Assembly: GCA_036338455.1 (NCBI GenBank)
Contig: JAYZCF010000155.1
Location: 1-52,976 of the forward strand
DNA length: 52,976 nt
From: Planctomycetota bacterium
GTDB lineage: Bacteria; Planctomycetota; Planctomycetia; Pirellulales; Pirellulaceae
Direction of reading: 5' to 3'
This document shows positions 37,270 to 48,439 of this stretch, piece after piece. Position 1 is the first letter of the stretch. Each line of letters starts with the position of its first letter. The notes beneath the pieces were generated by a model. It was not told the origin of the DNA. It did no database searches and saw nothing but the letters and a program-made list of their open reading frames with translations. Made by a program: the position numbers and the translations under genes.

Positions 37270-38889
37270 TCAAACCTGCAGGACGCCGGTACGAAAAGGC
37301 TCATCCTCGGCGTAGCGGGAAACAATCCGTAATGAGTCCAACAAGGTCTGCCGCGTTTCCGACGGTGCAATGATCCCATCCACCCACAGGCGGGCGGCCG
37401 CGTATCGAATATCGGTTGACGTCTCGTAGGCAGCGGTCACCTTCTGCTTCAGTTCCTCCAGCTCGGCCTTGTCCGGCTCCTGCCCAGCCCGCTTTAATGC
37501 GGCAATATTGATATCGAGAATCGTGGAAGCCGCCTGTTTTCCACCCATGACCGCGTAGCGTGCATTGGGCCAAGCATAAATCATCCGCGGATCGAATGCC
37601 TTACCGCACATCGCATAATTGCCGGCACCGTAACTGCCACCGGTGATCACGGTAATCTTGGGAACCCGACTGTTCGAAATCACGTTGACGACCTTGGCAC
37701 CCGCCCGAATGATACCAGCCTGCTCACTATCACGGCCTACCATGAAACCCATCACATCCTGCAGGAAAATCAAGGGAGTCCAAGTCTGGTTGCAATCCAT
37801 GATAAAACGAGCTTCCTTGTCGGCACTATCATGGTATATCACCCCACCAAATTGCATCCCCTCGCGGGCCGATTCAACAACCGTCCGCTGGTTGGCAACC
37901 AACCCTACGCGCATGCCACCGATCCTGGCGTGCCCACAGACAATCGTCTGGCCGTATTCCGCTTTGTACTCTTGGAATGAATCTGCATCGACCAGGAAGC
38001 GGATCAAATCGCGTACGTCATACCGCGTTTGTGGATCCAGCGGGATCACGTCATAGATTTCTTTTTGATCACGAGAAGCTTCCTTGGCGGCTTCCGGCGC
38101 GAACTGGGCCGCCACGGAATCGGCCGGCAACATCTCAATCAGGGAACGGAGTCGGTCGATCGCCGCCTCGTCATCCGCTTCCCGGTAATCGATCGTGCCG
38201 CTGACGCTGGCGTGCATGCCGGCTCCCCCCAAATCCTCATGGGAAACCTCCTGCCCGATTGCGCTCTTGACCAATGCTGGCCCCGCCAAGTACAGACCAG
38301 AACCCTCGGTCATAATCAACTTGTCACAGAGGACGGGTAGGTACCCACCCCCAGCCACACAATTCCCCATAATGGCGGCTAACTGAGGTATGCCCAGAGC
38401 CGAAATCACGGCATTGTTGCGAAAAATCCTGCCGAAATCATCTTCATCCGGAAAAATCTCATCCTGCAAAGGGAGGAACACTCCCGCCGAGTCTACGAGG
38501 TAGACCAAGGGAACCCGGTTTTGCATCGCTATTTTTTGCGCCCGTAAAACCTTCTTGCAGGTCATCGGGAAAAACGCCCCTGCCTTGGTCGTTGCATCAT
38601 TGGCGATGATCATCACGGTGCGGCCCGAAACTTGCCCCATGCCACACACCACACTGGCCGATGAAGTCCCCCCCCACTCGGTATACATCTCCCAAGCGGC
38701 CCAACGACCAACCTCGAGAAAGAAGGAGCCGCTATCGAGCAACTTTGCAATTCGTTCCCGCGCCGTCAATCGCCCTTTAGCATGTTGCCGATCGATTGCC
38801 TTGGGGCCACCTCCCAACTCGATCAGGTCACTGGATTCTTGAAATTCGTCGATCAATTCTTGCCAAGGCATTCTTTTTATCGTCCCCAA
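37270..38889 (-). CDS. Acyl-CoA carboxylase carboxyltransferase (beta) subunit, methylcrotonyl-CoA-carboxylase-like
   Basis: GRLTARERI, VDSAGVFLPLQ, GNCVAGGGY, LAGPALVK, GFMVG and GSYGAGNYAMCG. An alternative start ATG is at 38871. Confidence 0.9.
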   Translation of the reverse strand: MGTIKRMPWQELIDEFQESSDLIELGGGPKAIDRQHAKGRLTARERIAKLLDSGSFFLEVGRWAAWEMYTEWGGTSSASVVCGMGQVSGRTVMIIANDATTKAGAFFPMTCKKVLRAQKIAMQNRVPLVYLVDSAGVFLPLQDEIFPDEDDFGRIFRNNAVISALGIPQLAAIMGNCVAGGGYLPVLCDKLIMTEGSGLYLAGPALVKSAIGQEVSHEDLGGAGMHASVSGTIDYREADDEAAIDRLRSLIEMLPADSVAAQFAPEAAKEASRDQKEIYDVIPLDPQTRYDVRDLIRFLVDADSFQEYKAEYGQTIVCGHARIGGMRVGLVANQRTVVESAREGMQFGGVIYHDSADKEARFIMDCNQTWTPLIFLQDVMGFMVGRDSEQAGIIRAGAKVVNVISNSRVPKITVITGGSYGAGNYAMCGKAFDPRMIYAWPNARYAVMGGKQAASTILDINIAALKRAGQEPDKAELEELKQKVTAAYETSTDIRYAAARLWVDGIIAPSETRQTLLDSLRIVSRYAEDEPFRTGVLQV

Positions 38890-38951
38890 ATAACTAAAAG
38901 CGAATACGGGTCATTCTGTAGATGCGACTTACAGGGAACCCTACAAGGATG

Positions 38952-40727
38952 CTAGATGTCGGCCTCATCCCCCTTGAGTACCCAATCCGCATCGAAATTA
39001 TCTTGCAGCCAATGCGAGGCAACTTCGATCGATTCGTCATCCACATTCGTCTTGAGATCTTCGAGCCGGCGCTGGTTGCGATTGTTCGCCAACCGCAGGT
39101 AGAGCATCCCGGTCTTCAGGTCCCGTTGTTTATCGGTTTCAGAAATTGTCCCATTGACCAGCAGGGCCGTCAAACGGGAGTAAACGCAACAGGCCATGTA
39201 CAGTTCGGTCGCCACATCACCCAATCTGCCCTGAATATACTGCTGGTCAATGACAGCCTCGCGATGCTTGATCAACGCCATCTCGATGGCCCAAGCAAAA
39301 CTGGCAATCTGTTTACTCAGATTGCGGGCGTGGAACCTCATATGTTCATGCTTAATAGGAATTTCCGGACGCGTCCGCAGCATCTTGTAGGCTGTCAGCG
39401 GATTGCGAGAGATCGCCTCCATGTCTTTTCCCACGTGGCGAAATCCGACTGCCGCGATGAAACATCGCAACACGTCGTTGGCTCCCTCACCGATCTGGTT
39501 CAAGCGGGCATCGCGCATCATTCTTTCAAAAGGTTGATCGGTAAAGAATCCCTTCCCACCCCAAATCTGCAGGCAATCGTTGGTGATGCGCCATAGTTGG
39601 TCACTGGCAAATACCTTGAGCATCGCCGTTTCTACCATGTAGTCATCCGCACCACTGTCGATGAGAGCCGCAGTGTGATAGGTGGCGCTTTCCATCGCGA
39701 ATATATCGGCAGCCGCTTGCGCAATCTTGTCTTGAACCAACTGGAACTCGCCCAGCTTCTTGGTGAACTGACGGCGGTGATTGGCCCGGTAAACCATCCG
39801 CTCGAGGCAAAACTTGGCAGCTCCCGTGCAACTGGCGCCAAACGTCGTGCGACCAAAATCGAGCACGGTTAAGGCGACTTTGAGACCTTTGCCAACCGGC
39901 CCAAGAATGTTCTCTTTGGGAACAAACATGTCATTGAATTTCATACGGCCGGTGGCCGTGCCACGGATCCCACATTTTTCCATCCGCGCTTCGATCACTT
40001 CAAATCCCGGCATGTCCGGTGTCACAAGAAAAGCGGTAACCTTGCCGTCCGGTTCTGCCTCGTCCGGAGTGCGGGCCATGAGGGTAATCACGTCGGCAAT
40101 TCCACCATTGGTGATCCACCGCTTTTCACCCGTAATCCTGTAACCGCGACCATCCTCGGTCGGCTCGGCGCGGGTCCTGACATTACCGGCATCGGAGCCA
40201 GCCATCGGCTCAGTCAGGGCAAAGGCAGCTAATTTATCACCACTGGCAAGCGGCTTCATCCACTCTTTTTTCTGCTCTTCGGTCCCAAACAGCTCGAGCC
40301 CTCGCAGCCCAATCGAGTGGTGGGCATTGACAAAAACAGCGGTCGAAGCGCAATGCCCTCCAATGATCTCCATAACGCGACAGTAGTTGGTCTGAGAAAA
40401 TCCTTGACCACCGTGAAAAGGCGGAATCGTCATTCCCAGCACGCCCAGGTCACCCAATCCTTTGACAACCGAATCCGGGATCCTCGCTTCCACGTCAATG
40501 TCGACCGGATCAATCTGTTCCCGGCAAAACGCTTTGACTCGCTCCACCATCTGATCTCCTCGAACCTGATTTGACTCCGGCAATTCAGGGAAAGGAATGA
40601 TCGACTCTGTGCGAAACTTGCCGAAAAAGAGGTCTTTGACAAAGCCTTCCTTTTCCGGACCTGAAAAAAGCAGATCCTCGACTTGCTGAATCTGTTTTTT
40701 TTGCACATCCGTTAAAGCGCTGGACAT
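38952..40727 (-). CDS. Acyl-CoA dehydrogenase, long form (VLCAD/ACAD9-like)
   Basis: AFALTEPMAGSD, GEKRWITNG, KCGIRG, RRQF, QIWGGKGF and RDARLNQIGEGAND, plus a C-terminal extension. Confidence 0.92.
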   Translation of the reverse strand: MSSALTDVQKKQIQQVEDLLFSGPEKEGFVKDLFFGKFRTESIIPFPELPESNQVRGDQMVERVKAFCREQIDPVDIDVEARIPDSVVKGLGDLGVLGMTIPPFHGGQGFSQTNYCRVMEIIGGHCASTAVFVNAHHSIGLRGLELFGTEEQKKEWMKPLASGDKLAAFALTEPMAGSDAGNVRTRAEPTEDGRGYRITGEKRWITNGGIADVITLMARTPDEAEPDGKVTAFLVTPDMPGFEVIEARMEKCGIRGTATGRMKFNDMFVPKENILGPVGKGLKVALTVLDFGRTTFGASCTGAAKFCLERMVYRANHRRQFTKKLGEFQLVQDKIAQAAADIFAMESATYHTAALIDSGADDYMVETAMLKVFASDQLWRITNDCLQIWGGKGFFTDQPFERMMRDARLNQIGEGANDVLRCFIAAVGFRHVGKDMEAISRNPLTAYKMLRTRPEIPIKHEHMRFHARNLSKQIASFAWAIEMALIKHREAVIDQQYIQGRLGDVATELYMACCVYSRLTALLVNGTISETDKQRDLKTGMLYLRLANNRNQRRLEDLKTNVDDESIEVASHWLQDNFDADWVLKGDEADI

Positions 40728-41198
40728 AAATCATTCCCTTGTTCGCTGCCCCCACCCGGAACGTGGCAGAAAGCAAATCAAAAATTAGACGGTCGTGAAA
40801 TCAAACGCGGAACTCCGGAGCCGTGACGATCGATACAAAATGATTTTTGTTCCGGTCCTAAGAAAGACAAACTCAATTATTCGCCCGGCAAAGGCGGGCA
40901 GCCACCCGCTCTTCTTGTTGTCCTGATTATCACCAAATATGTCCGCAAAGCAACGTGCGGCAAAGCCGGTTGGCCTTTGGAAGTGCAAACCGTTTTCCCC
41001 GCGATTGCGGGCTTTCGATCTCCAGCCGGCCCGCTCGGCGATGGTCCGCGGCCACAAGGAAACAAGTTTGCCTTCCCACAGAAACTTTCCCCGCAACCCG
41101 AGTCCTATATTCTTTTCCGCGACCATATTCTAGGATGATCCTTCCTGAGAAGATTCCGCCAAGTGCATCCATTTTCCAACGAACCAACAGGCGTTTCC

Positions 41199-42368
41199 AT
41201 GTCCCACTCGTTTATCGTCTCGGCCGTCCGGACCCCTATCGGCTCCTTTCAAGGAGGTTTTAAAACACTGACGGCAACCGATCTCGGCGCAGCGGCCGTG
41301 GAAGCAGCTGTTGAAAGGTCGGGGCTTGCGACAGGGCAAATTGACGAAGTGATTATGGGCAACGTGATCTCCGCTGGCGTCGGCCAGGCACCGGCTCGTC
41401 AAGCAGCTCTGAAAGCTGGGCTCCCATCCAGCGTGGCAGCCGTTACGGTCAACAAGGTTTGCGGTTCGGGCCTGAAGGCCGTCATGTTTGCCGACCAGGC
41501 GATACGGTGTGGGGATGCAGCAGCCATCGTGGCAGGCGGAATGGAAAACATGACGGCAGCACCTCACCTTGCACGGGTTAGAAGTGGGGTCAAGTTGGGA
41601 GATTCCCCGCTACAAGATGCGATGGTACTGGATGGCTTGACCTGCTCGTTCGAGGGTTGCCATATGGGAATGCATGCTGAACATACGGCCCGTGAATTCA
41701 AGGTGACTCGCGAGATGCAAGATGAACTGGCGCTGCTTAGTCAACAACGCGCCGCCCGGGCCATGGAACAGGGAGTTTTCGATGATGAGATTGTGCCAGT
41801 AACCGTCAAAAGTCGGAGGGGTGATACAGTCGTCTCGATCGACGAGGGACCTCGCCCGGAAACGACCGAGGAAGGGCTGGCTGGCCTGAGAACAGTTTTT
41901 GATCGTGAAGGCACGGTCACGGCGGGCAACGCGTCCACACTAAGCGATGGTGCAGCCGCCCTGACGGTGGTCAATGAGGAACTGGCAAAGTCCGCCGATT
42001 GGAAATTCAAAATCGTCGCCAGTTGCACTGCCGGCACCGAGCCGCGGGACCTGTTCATCGCCCCAGTAGACGCGGTGCGAGGAGCCGTCCAAAAAGCGGG
42101 CTGGAGTTTGGAGCAAGTTGATCTCTATGAAATCAACGAGGCGTTTGCCAGCCAAACCGTAGCCTGCATCAACGAACTCGGCCTGGACCGGGAGCGGGTC
42201 AATATTTACGGGGGCGGAATCTCACTTGGACACCCGATTGGCGCCAGCGGTGCGCGGGTCCTCGTCACCTTGGTCCACGCGTTGCGGAGGACAGGGGGAC
42301 AACGCGGAGTGGCCAGCCTCTGCCTGGGAGGTGGAAATGCCGTGGCCATGGCCATCGAATCCGCCTGA
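41199..42368 (+). CDS. Acetyl-CoA C-acyltransferase (thiolase)
   Basis: [22 protein letters not shown] and CLGGG. Confidence 0.94.
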   Translation: MSHSFIVSAVRTPIGSFQGGFKTLTATDLGAAAVEAAVERSGLATGQIDEVIMGNVISAGVGQAPARQAALKAGLPSSVAAVTVNKVCGSGLKAVMFADQAIRCGDAAAIVAGGMENMTAAPHLARVRSGVKLGDSPLQDAMVLDGLTCSFEGCHMGMHAEHTAREFKVTREMQDELALLSQQRAARAMEQGVFDDEIVPVTVKSRRGDTVVSIDEGPRPETTEEGLAGLRTVFDREGTVTAGNASTLSDGAAALTVVNEELAKSADWKFKIVASCTAGTEPRDLFIAPVDAVRGAVQKAGWSLEQVDLYEINEAFASQTVACINELGLDRERVNIYGGGISLGHPIGASGARVLVTLVHALRRTGGQRGVASLCLGGGNAVAMAIESA

Positions 42369-42522
42369 TCCAAGCCGACGCTCAAATCTCAAGACGACCT
42401 GCGGATCCGACGCAAGAGCGTTAGCTGCCGACATTACGAGAAAACGCCAATCGAAAGCCAAACCTTGGTCATGCCCCATTGATCGAGGAACCGAGAGCCA
42501 ACCTTGGGAAGGACGAAAATTT

Positions 42523-43950
42523 ATGGATCGCCTGTTTCACGAGATTGCCCAGTACGTCGAATCCCATGAAATCAACAGCGAACTGGCCTACGACACGGCG
42601 CGGGCCTGCCTGATGGACAGCCTGGGATGCGGATTTCTAGCGCTCGGCTACCCGCAATGCCGTAACCTGCTAGGCCCCTGGGTCCCGGGCGCTCCTTTGG
42701 AAGGGGGCTGCCGAGTCCCGGGGACCGATTTCGAACTCGACCCGATCAAGGCTGCCTTTGACATTGGAACACTCGTCCGCTGGCTGGACTTCAACGACAC
42801 ATGGTTGGCAGCCGAATGGGGACACCCCTCGGACAATCTGGGAGCAATCCTGGCCGTCGCTGACTACCAGGCTCGCACGCAAGGAAAAACGTTAACGGTG
42901 CGCGACGTTCTTACGGCGATGATCAAGGCTCACGAGATTCAAGGAATTCTAGCGATCGACAATTCGTTCAACCGGGTTGGTCTCGATCACGTATTACTGG
43001 TACGTGTGGCCAGCGCGGCGGTCGCAACGCAAATGCTCGGTGGAAACGCCGAGCAAATCATGAACAGCCTGTCCCACGCCTGGATCGACGGGGGGGCCCT
43101 CCGAACCTATCGTCACGCACCCAACACCGGCTCGCGCAAGAGCTGGGCGGCGGGTGACGCTACCAGCCGTGCCGTACGGCTCAGCCTGATTGTTCGCGCC
43201 GGGGAAATGGGTTATGCCACCGCCCTGTCGGCCGAGAAGTGGGGATTCCAAGACGTTCTGTTTGATGGAAAGCCAATCACACTGGCCCGCCCACTCGATG
43301 CTTACGTGATGGAAAACATCCTGTTCAAGATCGCTTTCCCCGCCGAGTTCCATGCGCAGACGGCCGTCGAAGCCGCCTTCGCACTGCATGCACAGACAGT
43401 CGGCAGGCTTGAGGAGATTGAGAGAATTGAGCTGGAGACCCAAGAACCGGGCGTACGAATCATCGACAAGCAGGGACCCTTGAACAATTACGCCGATCGA
43501 GATCACTGTCTGCAGTACATGGTGGCTATCGGCTTGATTTTTGGCGACTTGACGGCCGATCACTACTCCGATGAAACAGCTGCTGATCCCCGAATCGATG
43601 CCCTGCGGGAAAAAATGGTCGTGAGCGAGAACGAGTCGTTTACGAGCGACTACTACGACCTCGAAAAACGCGCTATCGGGAACGCCGTGCAAGTCTTTTT
43701 TAACGATGGTAGCTGCAGCGAACGCGTCGAAGTTCAATACCCGGTTGGCCACCGCGTTCGACGGGCAGAGGGATTGCCGATCATGTTTGAGAAATTCAAC
43801 AAAGCCACGCGGGAATTGTACGATGTGGATACGGCCCAAAGCGTGATCGATTTATTTTCCCAAGGGTCAGGCCTGGACGAAATGCCCGTCGTCGATTTCA
43901 TGCAAACGCTGGTCCGACCCGGCCGACCGCTGGATTCGATGTTGGCCTGA
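42523..43950 (+). CDS. prpD: 2-methylcitrate dehydratase
   Basis: [54 protein letters not shown] and DRDHCLQY. The ATG at 42523 has GAAGGA upstream. Confidence 0.94.
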   Translation: MDRLFHEIAQYVESHEINSELAYDTARACLMDSLGCGFLALGYPQCRNLLGPWVPGAPLEGGCRVPGTDFELDPIKAAFDIGTLVRWLDFNDTWLAAEWGHPSDNLGAILAVADYQARTQGKTLTVRDVLTAMIKAHEIQGILAIDNSFNRVGLDHVLLVRVASAAVATQMLGGNAEQIMNSLSHAWIDGGALRTYRHAPNTGSRKSWAAGDATSRAVRLSLIVRAGEMGYATALSAEKWGFQDVLFDGKPITLARPLDAYVMENILFKIAFPAEFHAQTAVEAAFALHAQTVGRLEEIERIELETQEPGVRIIDKQGPLNNYADRDHCLQYMVAIGLIFGDLTADHYSDETAADPRIDALREKMVVSENESFTSDYYDLEKRAIGNAVQVFFNDGSCSERVEVQYPVGHRVRRAEGLPIMFEKFNKATRELYDVDTAQSVIDLFSQGSGLDEMPVVDFMQTLVRPGRPLDSMLA

Positions 43951-43998
43951 GCCTCAAGCTGAATGGAGAGCTGACCGAGAACCACGAATCTCGATTCT

Positions 43999-46131
43999 TC
44001 AAGAGCCGTCAGATGGATGCGGCTGGCTGACCTGAGGTTGTAAGTGTTTGTGAAAATACTCCCAACGCAGGTCATTGTAGGTACTACCAATCCCGTGCTT
44101 GAATCCCGGGTAGATCATCAGGTCGAACCGTTTCTTTTCGTCCTGCAATTTCTTGGCCAGTTCCCACGTATTGGCTGGGTGTACGTTGTCGTCAATCAGT
44201 CCATGGACCAGCAAAAGCTTACCCTGAAGCTGGTCAGCATAGGTCAAGCAGGAGCCATTTTTGTAACCATCCGGGTTTTCCTCCGGGGTTCGCATGTAGC
44301 GTTCCGTGTAGATCGTGTCGTACTGTTTCCAATCGGTAACGGGTGCCCCAGCCACCGCCACGTGAAAGACGTCCGGGTGCTTGAGGACCCCCAAGGCTGA
44401 CATGTAGCCACCGTAAGAATGACCAAAAATACCGACGCGTTCCCGATCGACATAGGGCCGCTCAGACAGGAATCGGACGCCGTTTGCCTGATCGAGAATA
44501 TCGACCCCACCAAGCGCCTGGTAACCAGCCGTTTCGAAGGCCTTGCCCCGACTGCCGGTCCCGCGGTTCCCGATCTTGGCGACCAGGTAGCCAAGTTCAC
44601 AAATCGGGTTGCCGGGTCGATACTGACTGCTCACCGCGCCGGATGAGGGACCGCCATAGACATCTATCAGCAGCGGGTATCGCCGGTTCGGATCAAAGCG
44701 GGCGGGCTTGTAGAGCGTCCCGAAAATCTCCGTTCCATCATCTGCCTGGAAACGAAATAACTCAGGTGGGCTCAAGCCGAGTTTTTCCGCCGCGTCGTGG
44801 CTACCCTCGGCCAGTACGGCAAATTCTTTGCCCTCCGCATTGTAGACCACGGTAGCCGGCGGCGTATCGGCGCTCTCACGCACAGAAACGACCCATCGAT
44901 GATCCGGAGAAATCTGAAAACTGCCATGATGCAAGGGCGAGGAGGTGAGCCGTTGGTGGTTACAGCCATCCAATCCTACCCGGTGCAGTTGTAGATGATA
45001 CGGATTCGAGGCGCTGAAAGCCGTGTAGTAAAACCAGCCTGCCTCCTCATCCAATTGAACAATGGAAGCACAAGGATAATTGCCCACTTCGCTCAACGGG
45101 TTGATTCTTTCTCCCTTCAAGTTGCGCAGTTCAAAATGTTTATAGCCATTCCGTTCCGTCTCCCAGACAAAGCGGTCGCCATCTTTTAAGAATTGCATTA
45201 CCGGTCGGTTTTTCTGCCAGGCCGGTTGCCTCTCGGTCACCACTGTGGTCACGTCGCCACCATCCAAGTCGACCATCAGGATATCCAACACGTTTTGATG
45301 CCGATTAGTCCGGCTGACCAACAACTTATGGGAATCGGGAACAAAGCGAATATTGAAAAGATACTGCGTCGGCTCCCCTGCAATGGGCAGCACGGACTTT
45401 TCTTGAGTCGCCACATCGTAAACCCACAAACGAACCTTCGGGTTGTCGTAACCGGCCTTGGGGTAACGCACCGTATGCAATTCCGTGTAGACTTCCGCAT
45501 TCTTCTCAGTCAGGTAATAATCCTTCATGCCCGCTTCGTCGACTTCGTAAAACACCAGCTTTGTCCCATCGGGCGACCACCACATCGCATCTTGCTGGTC
45601 AAGTTCTTCGCCATAGACCCAGCAACAGGTGCCGTAGCGCAAACGCTCGTTCCCATTGTCGGTGACCTGAATCACCGTCAATTTCTCCTCTTTGCCTGGC
45701 TTGGTTTCCACCGATTCGATCAACAGATTGTTATCTCGAAAGACAGCCTGCCAGCGATTATCGGGCGACGGTTCCACCGTTCGCTGGCGGGCTCGAGCAA
45801 CGAGTGAGCGACGCCGGTTTGGCCGGGCAATAACCGGTTGGTGATCGACCTGGTTGTATTCACCCACCGTGCCATCGACCAAGCTTAATTGCCGTTTCTC
45901 GCCATCGACCGAGTATCCAACACTCTTTCCATCGGCGCTCCACTTGATTCGGGAGGCGCGGCCGGCAGCGCTCAATTTCCGACGCGCAGCAGAAATCTTT
46001 CGGTAATTAGCGTAACCGGGCAATTCCTGGAACGTGGGGGATGGGGCGGCACCGGATTGCCCTACAGCCATTTCCGGTAAGCCGGGCAGCAGCAAAACAA
46101 TCAAAAACAGGGTCATGGTGGATCGAGTCAT
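43999..46131 (-). CDS. Secreted S9B dipeptidyl-peptidase IV family protein
   Basis: Signal peptide, WVYGEE, YPKAG, VYGGP, GHSYGG (Ser), DDNVH (Asp) and HG (His). Confidence 0.93.
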   Translation of the reverse strand: MTRSTMTLFLIVLLLPGLPEMAVGQSGAAPSPTFQELPGYANYRKISAARRKLSAAGRASRIKWSADGKSVGYSVDGEKRQLSLVDGTVGEYNQVDHQPVIARPNRRRSLVARARQRTVEPSPDNRWQAVFRDNNLLIESVETKPGKEEKLTVIQVTDNGNERLRYGTCCWVYGEELDQQDAMWWSPDGTKLVFYEVDEAGMKDYYLTEKNAEVYTELHTVRYPKAGYDNPKVRLWVYDVATQEKSVLPIAGEPTQYLFNIRFVPDSHKLLVSRTNRHQNVLDILMVDLDGGDVTTVVTERQPAWQKNRPVMQFLKDGDRFVWETERNGYKHFELRNLKGERINPLSEVGNYPCASIVQLDEEAGWFYYTAFSASNPYHLQLHRVGLDGCNHQRLTSSPLHHGSFQISPDHRWVVSVRESADTPPATVVYNAEGKEFAVLAEGSHDAAEKLGLSPPELFRFQADDGTEIFGTLYKPARFDPNRRYPLLIDVYGGPSSGAVSSQYRPGNPICELGYLVAKIGNRGTGSRGKAFETAGYQALGGVDILDQANGVRFLSERPYVDRERVGIFGHSYGGYMSALGVLKHPDVFHVAVAGAPVTDWKQYDTIYTERYMRTPEENPDGYKNGSCLTYADQLQGKLLLVHGLIDDNVHPANTWELAKKLQDEKKRFDLMIYPGFKHGIGSTYNDLRWEYFHKHLQPQVSQPHPSDGS

Positions 46132-46329
46132 TGTGGCCCCCGGTTAAAAATTAATTGGTCAAACAGATTAATGGGTAAAACAACAGTCTAACCGCTGGTC
46201 ACTCGACCAACAAATCGGAACACCATTTGGCATGGTTGTCATCGCTCGTTGGATGTCGAAAATGATGCTGATGAAGTTCTGATTCAAAATACGTTTTTCT
46301 TTTGCAACCCAAACGGCAGGCGCAATTCG

Positions 46330-47358
46330 ATGAGCAATTATCAACCAGACGAAAACCGGTATGACGGCCGGATGAAATACCGACGGTGCGGTCGCTCCGG
46401 GTTGAAACTGCCGGAGATCAGTCTCGGCTGCTGGCACAATTTTGGAGGGCCAACACCTACCGATTTGCAGCGGGAGATGATCCACACTGCTTTTGACCAA
46501 GGGATCACGCATCTCGACCTGGCCAACAATTACGGCCCACCTTTTGGCAGTGCCGAGACGAACGTCGGGAAAATCCTGAAAGACCTGCCACGCGACGAGT
46601 TAATCATCTCCAGCAAGGCGGGCTACATCATGTGGGAAGGCCCGTACGGCGAATGGGGATCCCGGAAATACATGCTGGCCAGTCTCGACCAATCACTGAA
46701 GCGTCTGCAACTGGATTACGTGGACATCTTTTACAGTCACCGGTTTGACCCGGACACGCCCCTGGAGGAGACGCTGGGGGCACTCAATACAGCGATTGAG
46801 CAAGGGAAAGCTCTCTACTGCGGTATCAGCAGTTACACATCCGACCAAACGGAACAGGCGGTCGGCATATGCCAGGAACGTGGCTGGCACCGCATCCTGA
46901 TCCATCAACCGAACTACTCAATGTTCAATCGCTGGATCGAAAATCGGCTGGTAAAATCCTGCCAGCAGGCCGGCATGGGAATCATAGCCTTCTGCCCACT
47001 CTATCAAGGATTGCTCACCAATAAGTATCTGGCTCAGGTTCCCGAGGATTCGCGTGCCAATTACGCATCGCAATTCCTCCGACCGGAAGACCTTTCCGAA
47101 TCGACCCTGCAGGTAGTGCGAGCCTTGGCCGATATCGCCGCCAACCGGTCACAAACTTTGGCCCAAATGGCGATCGCCTGGATATTGCGATTGGAAGAGG
47201 TCACCAGTGTCCTTTGTGGTGCCAGTCGTCCCGAGCAGATTGTCGAAAACTGCCAAGCTTTGCAGACGACCGATTTTTCGGCGGATGAAATCTCGAGCAT
47301 TGATGCGCTCTTGGGGCAAGTCGAGTTGCCAAGCAGCCTATGGGCCCGGGAAAATTGA
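46330..47358 (+). CDS. Aldo/keto reductase, YghZ/Gpr-like
   Basis: YRRCGRSGLKLP, DLANNYGPP, SKAGY, SLDQSLKRL and FYSHRFDP. The ATG at 46330 is preferred. Confidence 0.92.
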   Translation: MSNYQPDENRYDGRMKYRRCGRSGLKLPEISLGCWHNFGGPTPTDLQREMIHTAFDQGITHLDLANNYGPPFGSAETNVGKILKDLPRDELIISSKAGYIMWEGPYGEWGSRKYMLASLDQSLKRLQLDYVDIFYSHRFDPDTPLEETLGALNTAIEQGKALYCGISSYTSDQTEQAVGICQERGWHRILIHQPNYSMFNRWIENRLVKSCQQAGMGIIAFCPLYQGLLTNKYLAQVPEDSRANYASQFLRPEDLSESTLQVVRALADIAANRSQTLAQMAIAWILRLEEVTSVLCGASRPEQIVENCQALQTTDFSADEISSIDALLGQVELPSSLWAREN

Positions 47359-47515
47359 GAGACCAACGTTGGGGAAACTTGATCTTCTCGAGATAAATTT
47401 CGTCGGATACTGCCACGGCCGAACGAAATCGGTAGTGTCCCGTTGAGCTCGATTCGGTACGCTAAGAACTTTCTGCTGAAACCGAAGCAAAAATTATCGA
47501 AGCGGCTCCAACTGT

Positions 47516-48403
47516 ATGAACCAACGCAAGAAAAATCGAAAACCGAAAAAACGGGGCGGGATTGCCCGGCCCACCCAACCGCTAACCGAACCCTATGGCA
47601 CCCCAAATACGCACGAGGCCAAAAGCCGTTGGAGCCTTGTATTTCTGTTTATCGCAATCGCTCTGGGGGGAGTCTACCTGCAACGCTTTCTCACGTTTGG
47701 ACCGGACATCCCGATCTTCACCTATCGAACGGTTGCCGAACATCCTCATGACCCGGAGTCGTTTTCCCAAGGATTGGTCCTGGCCGATGGCCACGTTTGG
47801 GAAAGCACGGGGAAATATGGTAAATCGAAGTTACGGAAGACCGAACTGGAAACGGGCAAGGTGGTCCAGGAAATTGAATTGGACAAGGAGTACTTTGGAG
47901 AAGGCCTCGCTTTGGCCAATGGAAAGCTGTACCAACTGACCTGGAAGGCGGGCAAATGTTTTGTCTACGATCTCGACTTCAACAAGATTGGCGAACATCA
48001 ATACGAAGGAGAAGGTTGGGGGCTTACATTCAACGGAACCGATTTGATTCTCAGTGATGGCACCAGCCAACTCCAATTCCTGGATCCGGACACGTTCGAA
48101 GTGAAACGTGTCGTAACCGTTCAACATGGGCGTCGTCGTATCCCCCAACTGAACGAGCTGGAATTTGCCGATGGCATGCTGTACGCCAGCCAACTGGGCA
48201 GTGACTACATCTACAAAATCAATCCCAGTGATGGCAAAGTGGTCGGGCTAATCGACTTGACGGGAATTTGGCCAACCTCTGAACGTCCAAAAGAGGGTCT
48301 TTTGAACGGGATCGCCGTTGACGCTCAACAGAGAAAAGTAATCCTGACCGGTAAATACTGTCCCAGGATCTTCGAAGTCCAATTCGAAGAGGTCAGCCAA
48401 TAG
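47516..48403 (+). CDS. Glutaminyl-peptide cyclotransferase (plant/bacterial beta-propeller type), N-terminally membrane-anchored
   Basis: FSQGL, ESTGKYG, FGEGL, QLTW, EGWGL, SDG, LNELE, LNGIA and TGK. One TM helix follows a basic N-terminus. Confidence 0.92.
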   Translation: MNQRKKNRKPKKRGGIARPTQPLTEPYGTPNTHEAKSRWSLVFLFIAIALGGVYLQRFLTFGPDIPIFTYRTVAEHPHDPESFSQGLVLADGHVWESTGKYGKSKLRKTELETGKVVQEIELDKEYFGEGLALANGKLYQLTWKAGKCFVYDLDFNKIGEHQYEGEGWGLTFNGTDLILSDGTSQLQFLDPDTFEVKRVVTVQHGRRRIPQLNELEFADGMLYASQLGSDYIYKINPSDGKVVGLIDLTGIWPTSERPKEGLLNGIAVDAQQRKVILTGKYCPRIFEVQFEEVSQ

Positions 48404-48439
48404 CCAGGCCAGTCTTGTGCGCTCATTGGCAAGCGGCGT

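Noticed and set aside
42226-42522. A 99-aa N-terminal extension of PrpD overlapping the thiolase
   Set aside because: It overlaps the thiolase in another frame and looks non-coding; PrpD similarity begins at ATG 42523, which has an RBS-like sequence.
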